This document shows, piece after piece, positions 48,901 to 56,813 of a stretch of 56,813 nt of DNA. Location of the stretch: assembly GCA_963575745.1 (NCBI GenBank), contig CAUYUJ010000064.1, positions 62,001 to 118,813 of the forward strand, read 5' to 3'. Position 1 is the first letter of the stretch. Every line of letters starts with the position of its first letter. The notes below the pieces were generated by a model. The model made no database searches. It worked only from the letters and a program-made list of their open reading frames with translations, and was not told the DNA's origin. The DNA comes from Prorocentrum cordatum (taxonomy: Eukaryota). The position numbers and the translations under genes were made by a program.

Positions 48901-51900
48901 GAGCGGCCCCGACTACTCGACCACGCGCACGGCCACGCAGCGCATAGGTCGAGGAAGAGACCACAGTTGGTGGCTACAAGCTTCACTCTTGGAGATTGCG
49001 TAAAAGCTGGTCTTGCACTTGCAGGTGAAAAAAGACATGAGCAATGCCTTCCCATCCACAAATCACGAGATGCTCGCGCAGATCATCGGCGAGATGATCC
49101 TTGATATGCAGGACCAGCTCCTTCTCCAGCGAGGGCAGCGTGAGGCCGCGATGGGAACCCGGGCGGGCGAGGAGCGAGGATCCCTTTCGGCCCGCACACG
49201 GCGCAGGCACGGGCGACGGCAACGCGTCGAAGATGTCCGTGCGCTCGTTCGCGAAGCCGCTGGAAGCCTGGAACCACACCCCGAGGACGGGCACTCAGGC
49301 AGTTCCGGACTCTGGAGGCGGAGGCTCTGTTCCACTCATGGAGGCGGCGACGCTGACTGGCTCGCCCATCCACGATGCTGCCGGCAACCCGCTCCGAGCG
49401 GCCCCGAGGAAAAAAAAAACTGCCGCCTCGCATCCTGTCCGATCAGCTAGAGGGGCTAGGAGGCTTCAGCCAGAATGAAGATAAGGAGATGATCCTTCCT
49501 GCTCTTGTGGGCCCTGGGGGATACACGGCCACCCGTGCCGTCCTTTCTGGACTCGTGCAGTTTCCTGGACAAGTAAAAGCCGAGACGGTGAATCTTGGAG
49601 GCCTCGAACATCTGACGGGAGGAGCAGAAGCAGAAGTTCGGCTTCGAGTAGACGCTACGCAATCGGCTTGGACCAAACTTGAAAGATTCTGGAAGCAGCA
49701 CTCGTCCCTGAAACTCAAGCGCCTGGACCTGCTGGGGGTCATTCACAGCGCGGCATACTTGGGCCTTGAGGTGCATCTCTTGGGGAAGCGGGACTTCGCG
49801 AAGCTCGACTCGGTCATCTTAGGGTTCGCGAAAGTAGCTCTGCGAGGGGTCGCTCGACGTGCAGGACCAGGACAGGGTCGACTTCGGACCCCCACCGCCC
49901 AGGAGATGCACGAATGGGTGAGGAGCGCAGACGCCGGGACCGAGTTGCTGATTCGGCGTCTTGGCTATTGCCAGCGCCTTGCTTTTTCAGCCTGCTGACT
50001 CTGCGCATGTCGTCGCCGCTCTCTCTCTCTCTCTCTCTCTTTCTGGGCAATTCACTTCGCTCGGCGAATCTCAGACGTTCACCACCGGAGGCCGGGTCCG
50101 ACCAGAAGCTGACCCGTGTGCCCGTCCGCTCCAGAGAGACCCGAGGCTCCTCGAGGTGCCACCCCATGGGAAGTGCTTCCTTGACAGAGGATGCAGCATC
50201 AAAGATAGGTTCACAAACCCTGGGGTTGCAGCGCACTCTAAGAGCATAGACATCAAGGGCTTCCGCAAGGCTCGTTGGGAGCAGGCTCGCAATGGACCCC
50301 TTCAGCTACCCTCTGAACTTCAAGCGTCGGGCGGGCGCCCCTGAAGTACCTCCAGTCACAGGAGGTCCCCCTCAAGAGTTCCTCTGCGAGCTTCCGGGCG
50401 AAGATGGGAACCCCCGTGGCCAGGTATTCCACTCGAGGGCGGCCCTGAGAGCGCACCAGTGCCAGTACCCGCCCCACAAGATCATTCCCCCATGCATCAG
50501 CTAGCGGTGACTTATCAACGTTGTTATTGTTCTTCTACCTTTTCGTCGGTGGTACTTGCCAAGAGGCATGTAGTGCCATCTTTGAGGCGACGCCGATGCT
50601 TGACAGACTTCAGTGCGTACTCACCTCCCTTGGTTGCGCCCGACGACTTGCATTGCCCGATCTGCGTGGACCTCGAGGCAGCTCACGAGTCCTTCCGAGC
50701 GTCCCTGTCTGGAGCCGTACTGGCTCAAGGTGAGTTTGCCAGTCTCCAAGCTCTTCAGGCACACACTCGAGAAGCACACGCCCCGCCGCCCCCAGATTTA
50801 GTGATTGGTGCCGAACCTGGCATACAGGGCACTCGCGACCGGGACGGAGCAGCGGCGACAAGATCTCGCCAGTGGGCGCGGAGATCGGACTCGCAGCGGA
50901 GATCGAGGCCGCCGCGGGGGTCCGAGGCAGCAGCAGCAGCACCCCCTGCAGGGCACACACCCGGCACAGAGGGCGCCGCCAGCCCGCGCTCTCCACGACG
51001 CGTGGCGGGCCACCGACAACCACTACGGCTTGCGCGAAGGCGACGTCACCGACATGCAGCTGATGCCCATCCAGTGGGTCCAGGCGATGACGCCCACCTT
51101 GATGAGGATGGCGCTCGGCCACGAACATCGACTCGGCTTCGTGGGGTCGGCCTTCTTTCGCCACGCCCAGCTCCCGACCGCCCACGACGTGCCTCAATCG
51201 ATGATGCTCACAGCGAGGAACAACTGGCAGGAGGCCAAGCGGTTGCGCCAACACCACCAGGAGGCACTCAAGAGCGGCGACCCTAGTTCCAAAGTTGGAT
51301 GAGCTCGGGATCCCGCACCCGCACGTGTGGGTAACGCTCATCGGAGCGCTGGTGGCTCAAGGCGACAGGGCCGGCCAAGCGAACGCCAAAGCGCTCAAAG
51401 AGTACCAGGCTCAAACACGAGAAGCTTTCCAACGGCGCGTTGGCAGATCTCGTTCGGCACTGCAGGTTCCAGACAACTCATTCGCAGGACAAAGTCAAGA
51501 TCTGGACGTAGTAGTGCAGGCTCTGGTGCAGGTCGGGGGGGGGTCACAAGCATGGGACCCCGCCGCGCAGTCACAACTCGAGGCTTCTACAGTTGCATCT
51601 CGACGCGAATCAGTAACCAGACTCTTAGCAGCAGCGACGCGACCTTTGCATGATGATTATTTTGCCTCATATGATGTGGAAAACTGCCAGTTTGACTCGA
51701 CCGTAGGCCATGATGAGATGGTCCCCAATCCTGCCTATGGCAGAGCCCACGTTAGTGGCATGGGGACCGTAGAATTATCTGAGCCGTCCCCTCTGGTAGG
51801 TGCCGTCCAGAGTCTAGCTGGAGTCAGAACGAATTTTGATCCAGAGTTGCAGATTGCTACACACCTTTCACAGAGAACGGAGCCTCACCCGATGATTGCT

Positions 51901-52640
51901 ACCAAAACGTCGCAAGGCGCTCCGCCATTTACACCTTCGCCCTTGCCTGGATCACAGACGGCCTCTCCTTCTCCCTTGGCGGTATCGACGGCGGCGGTTT
52001 CGGGAACGACGGGGACTCGGAGGTAATCGCCCTCTCCGCAGACGGGCTTCAGAAATAGCTGCGCAGCTACTCCTGCCTCGGCCACTTCGTCTAGGCCTAG
52101 AAATGCTGCCGCCGCTGCCGAGCCCACCTCCAAGGCCCCTTCCTCCTCATCGCCCCCTCTTCCGCTCAGTAGCATCCTGGGACTTCTCGGAATCGGGAGG
52201 TCTCCCAGATGAATCTCGGTTTCAAACTTTTCGAGCTGGCCCTGAGTGGGCCATAGACGGCCTGACTTTCATTTGACTTTACATAGATGCTTCGAGTTCA
52301 GGGAGTGTTCGCCTGATTTGGGGCCGTTCCCTCTCTCGGCGTCTTGGGACCCCGTGGCCTCGCCTCTTCCTCTGCCTCCCTCCTCGGGCCCTTGGGGGCC
52401 CTGGTCCTTCCCCTGCTCTTCCCCACTCCCCCGGGGCCTCGCCTCTTCGGGGGTCCCGGTTCGCTGGGGGGCAGTTGCTGTTTTTGAACCTCCCTTCGTG
52501 CCCCTGACCCTACGGCCATGCCCTGCCTTCAAAGCACGGGGGCTATCGGCCGAGGTAGGGGGTGGGCGGGAGCACAAGTGCACCGAGTGCCACACGTGAT
52601 GAGTATGACACACATCACAGCGCCCTCTAGAAGCGAGGCA
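46000..52640 (+). mobile_element. Decayed near full-length non-LTR retrotransposon (LINE): N-terminal Cys motif, APE-type endonuclease, reverse transcriptase, C2H2 fingers, extra downstream ORF, structured 3' UTR
   Basis: Endonuclease at ~46990-47820 (YNPxS, LPGT, TNSSAG, GRGGAIR, GADTN, PTHF..SHPDH, RDHCP). RT at ~48560-49990 (APGEVW, KGSDKRGPHAMRLTHCHCPFGKA, KDMSNAFPS, GAGTGDGNA, QNEDK, NLGG...EVRLRV...AWTKL..FW, ELLIRRL). C2H2-like motifs at ~50380-50780 (FLCE...FHSRAALRAH, CSSTFSS...AKRH, CPIC...FASLQALQAH). Many stops (e.g. 47342, 47357) and frameshifts. Ends are approximate. Confidence 0.85.
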
Positions 52641-53147
52641 GCCCTGAAATCGTCTCCCTGAGGCTTCAAATGCCCCGAGCTGGTGCAGGATCAGTTGACA
52701 CGCCTCTGCAGAGTCGTTCGTTCGTTCTCCTCCTCCTCCTCCTCCTCCACCTCCCCCTACTCCACCACCTCCTCCACCTCGTCCCGCCTCCTCCCGCCTC
52801 CTCCCTCCCCGAGGCGGCGACAGATAAATGGAGTCGCACGGGAGTCGATACACGGATCGGAGTCCTCTAAGGCGGAGACCATGGGCAGGGCGTCGGCATC
52901 GCTCCGGGGAATCGGAGAGCCGGTAAAAATCGGTTGGCTGCCGTTTGAGCAACGGTATGGCCGTGAAGCGGCAGGATCCAAAGGTGGCATGATCCCTCCG
53001 ATCTGATCACTCTTCCTTCCTCGTCCTTCTCCCCATCCTCCACACACCTGCTCATCCCTCCTCACCCTGCTAGCCCTCCCTCCAAGCTCCTCCTCTTCTT
53101 CCTCATTATCCCTTCCCCTTCTCGGCAACCCTCGCTCTCGATACCCA

Positions 53148-53148
53148 G

Positions 53149-53192
<44 letters not shown>

Positions 53193-53723
53193 CCTCTGTC
53201 TCTGTCTCTGACTCTCTGCACAAATATGTTAAAATAAAACGTATACATGTAAATATGTGCGTCGTATAAAACATTAAAATATGTGATCGTGCATAGACAT
53301 AAAATTAGGCACACGTACATACATACACACATACAGACATGCATGCATACCTGCATACATATATGAATGTCGATATGCAAACATAGATACACACACCTAT
53401 TCATTCAGGCATATAAACATACATACCTGCAAACCTACATGTATACATACATGCATGTATACATACGTTCATGCAAGCATAAGTAAAGTTATGCGCACGT
53501 GAACACTTACAAATATACACATATATACATACATACATACATACATACATACATACATACATACATACATACATACATACATACATACATACATGCATAC
53601 ATACATACATACATACGTACATACATGCATACCTGCATACCTCACGTACATGAATACATAAGTACGCACATGTGTACACCCACGTGCATGCATACATGCA
53701 TTCATGAATGCAGATGTGTTTAC

Positions 53724-53772
<49 letters not shown>

Positions 53773-54125
53773 CATACATACATGCATGTATGAATACATG
53801 CGTTTATATATATAGAGAGAGGGAGAAAGACAGACATACATGCATAAATGCATGCATGCATACATGCCTACAAATACATGCATGGATCTACATGTATGTA
53901 TACACAGATGCATGCATACCTACAGACACACACGCATGCATTCATGCAAGTATATCTATATATACACACACGAACACTCATATCTATATATACATGCGTA
54001 ATACATATAAGGATACATACATATATACATATATACATACCTACACACGTACACACATACATACACTCGTATGATGTGTATATATACAGATATGCAAATG
54101 TATACATATATATATATATATATAT
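53148..54125. repeat. (CT)n, (ACAT)n and (AT)n microsatellite region
   Basis: Direct reading. Confidence 0.92.
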
Positions 54126-54479
54126 CGGAGGTGGGGGGGGAGATCGAAGTGGAACGGAGAGCCCCCCTCCAGGAAATCGGTTTCGGTTTCGTGTTCGTGC
54201 GTGCCGTGCGTGCGGGCGAGGCGAAGCTGCGTGGGCGGGCGAAAGGAAAGTCTCCTGTGGCTGAGGCGCGGCTTCCCCCCCCCCGGCAAACGGGACCGCG
54301 CGGTGTCCCGCCGGTGTCCCGCCGGTGTCCCGCCGGTGTCCCGCTGGTGTCCGGGTAAGTGTCCTGTGGCTGAGGCGCGGCCGGAACAAATGTTTCCCGA
54401 CCGGCAAACGGGGCCGCGCGGTATCCCGCGGATGTCCCGCCGGTGTCCCGCTGGTGTCCCGGTGTCCAGCTGGTGCGAA

Positions 54480-54900
54480 AACGATAGTGACCGATAGTGA
54501 GATCGATTGTAAGATCGATGATGAAATCGATTGTGACATCGATAGTGAGATCGATTGAGTGAGATTTATGGTGAGATCGATTGTGGGATCGATAGAAAGA
54601 GCGATAGTGGGATCTATGGTGAAATCGATTGAGTAAGATCGATAGTGAGATCGATCGAGTGAGATCGATAAAGAGATCGTTAATGAAATCGATAGTGAGA
54701 TCGATAGAAAGAGCGATAGTGGGATCTATGGTGAAATCGATTGAGTAAGATCGATAGTGAGATCGATCGAGTGAGATCGATAAAGAGATCGTTAATGAAA
54801 TCGATAGTGAGATCGATGGAGTGATATCGATAGTGAAATCGATAGTGAGATCGATGGAGTGATATCGATAGTGAGATCGACAGTGGGATCAACATGATCG
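54480..54900. repeat. ~12-bp GATCGATAGTGA tandem array with a ~112-bp exact higher-order duplication
   Basis: Repeated ATCGAT palindromes; the block starting at ~54587 recurs at ~54699. Confidence 0.88.
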
Positions 54901-55059
54901 ACCTACGAACCCGGAAAGGAATATAGAAATGTAAGGCATTGCAACATTTCAAAAACACCTGATTGAGCGACGGGCACATGCAATGCTGAATGTATCGATG
55001 ATGATGTACTGTGCCGAGGGCTGTGCTGTGCTACGCCGTGCTGAACTGCGATGTGCCAT

Positions 55060-55890
55060 GCCGCGATTGTGCTCTGTATAGCGTTGTGGATCGAGTCCTC
55101 CCTGGCATCCGAGTCCTCACCGAACTGATCTGGAGCGTAAGCTCGAGCTGCCTGAGCAGATGGTAGCTGCCCCACAACTAATCGACAGAGGGAACATGCC
55201 AGAAGGACGCGCCGCGGAACGTCCCAAGGGACGCGCCAGGCGACGTGCCAGGCGACGTGCCAGGGGAACGCACCGCGCCGCGGGACGTGCCAAGGGGACG
55301 CGCTACGGAACGTGCCAGTGGACGTGCCGAAGGACGTGCCAGGGGACGCGCCGCGCGACGTGCCAGGTGGACTCGCCACGGAACGCGCCAAGGAACGTGC
55401 CAAGGTGCATAGTTGAGTGTATCGATCTTGATGTACCGTGCCGACGGCTGTGGCAGCCTTGCCGGCCGTGACTGAAACAGGGACGCTGACCCTCCCAGAT
55501 TGTGCTGCTCTATAGCGTTGGTGGATCGAGTCCTCCATGGATCCGAAGTCCTCACCGAACTGATCTGCGAGCGTAAGCTCGAGACTGCCTGAGCAGATCG
55601 GTAGCATGCCCAGAACTAGTTCGACAAGAGGGAACATGCCTAGAGAGATGGACGCGCCGCGGAACGTCCAAGGGACCGCGCCAGGCGAGACGTGCAGTGC
55701 TGAACGTGCCAGGGGGCGGGAACGCACCCCCGGGACGTCAAAAGGACGCGCTACGGAACGTGCCCATGGACGTGCACCGCGCGACGTGCCAGGGGACTCG
55801 CCACGGGACGCTCCGCGGAACGTGCCAGGCAACATGCCAGGCTGCAATGCTAAGGGTATCGATATTGATGTACCGTGCCGGGGCTGCTGT
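55060..55890. repeat. Two ~430-bp diverged tandem units containing ACGTGCCAGG sub-repeats
   Basis: GATTGTGCT...TGGATCGAGTCCTCC...CTCACCGAACTGATCTG occurs at ~55066 and ~55498. Confidence 0.8.
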
Positions 55891-55894
55891 GCCT

Positions 55895-56320
55895 GGGCGA
55901 CCTGGATACGGGAAAACACGCGTTTCGCTCAAGACGTTCTCAGCACATCCTCATGCTAGACATCCGCCTGGGCAACCTGGACACGTGCAAACAAGCGTCT
56001 CGCTCGAGACATCCTCAACAAATGCTCATGCTAGACATCCGCCTGGGCGACCTGGACACGTGAAAACAAGCCTCTGGTTCGAGACATCCTCAACAAATCC
56101 TCATGCTAGACATCTGCCTGGGCCACCTGGAGGCGTGAAACCAAGCGTCTCGCTCGAGACATCCTCAAGACCTGGACACGTGAAACCAAGCATTTCACTT
56201 GAGAGATCCTCAGAATTCAGGTCCCCAGGAGAAGACAATCTATAACGCAAAACAAGCGCTTCGCTCGAGACATCCTCAACAAATTCTGAAAAACAAGGGT
56301 TTCGCTCGGGACATCCTCAT
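55895..56320. repeat. ~75-bp tandem repeat
   Basis: CCTGGACACGTGAAAACAAGCGTCTCGCTCGAGACATCCTCAACAAATCCTCATGCTAGACATC units. Confidence 0.85.
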
Positions 56321-56813
56321 ATTTTAATTCGCCGGCCCTCTTCCCACTCGTTATTTATCGCAAAAGAAATCCGCCGGCCCTCTTCCCGTCAGATCCGAGG
56401 CTAAACCTACTAAAAGAGAACCCTGGGCCTGAAGCCTTTTCCGGGAAAACAGCAGAATTGGTGGAATATCATGTGGGCCTCGTTTGCATATCTCGCCGGT
56501 CCATTCCCTTTGCTTCCCTGTTAAATCCGTGCCGGGACTCGGCACAAAGAGGTCTTGGAGTCGTCGTTGTGGATTGGGCAGTGCACCTCTGGCCTCGCCA
56601 GGTGCACGTGGAACTCTAGGGACATGTTGAAGCCCTTGGACTCAGTCAAGATCCCCGCAGCTTGCGGATCGCAATGTTGATGGAGTAATGTGCGATGTCC
56701 CGTGCTGCTCAAATTGGACAGTGGCCCTCAGCCTAGTGCATCCGAGTTGTCGTTGTCGTACTTTCTGGAACTGCTGGCTTCTCCGCGGCTTGGCTCCGCG
56801 TGCATCCCTCCGC

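Noticed and set aside
50714..50730. Extra relic spliced leaders (TGGCTCAAG at ~50721, ~51354; minus strand at ~19520; weak match near 46030)
   Set aside because: Matches are only 9-10 nt or weaker, lack the T-run, and two lie inside LINE coding sequence.
52590..52625. Hammerhead ribozyme near GTGATGAG
   Set aside because: The core is not CUGAUGA, and there is no correctly placed GAAA or stems.
56340..56813. Coding fragment at the window end
   Set aside because: Short ORFs with stops in every frame examined and no recognisable motif.

Overview
This is GC-rich, repeat-dominated eukaryotic DNA, almost certainly from a dinoflagellate. The evidence is a relic spliced-leader (DinoSL) sequence at 11854-11876, GT/GC/GA splice donors and many tiny exons; a Prorocentrum-like host is my inference. 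The clearest gene is a 7-exon minus-strand gene (7289-11542) that appears to fuse an F-box-like N-terminus to a cytochrome b5 heme-binding domain carrying a Cys-rich insertion. A convergent plus-strand multi-exon gene of unknown function ends at about 6974. Introns of both genes hold short terminal-inverted-repeat (TIR) elements from several families, and one intron (9122-9279) is exactly one such element plus one target-site-duplication (TSD) copy, i.e. introner-like. The rest is decayed non-LTR retrotransposons, dispersed composite repeats, minisatellites, multi-kb triplet microsatellites and two 100-N gaps. The retrotransposons include a near full-length APE-RT-C2H2 LINE with an extra downstream ORF (about 46.0-52.6 kb), an ORF1+APE fragment (23.6-26.2 kb), a restriction-like-endonuclease 3' fragment (41.9-42.8 kb) and RTE-like scraps. 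Most long ORFs in the supplied track are artefacts of triplet repeats or high GC. All calls come from reading by eye; no searches were run.
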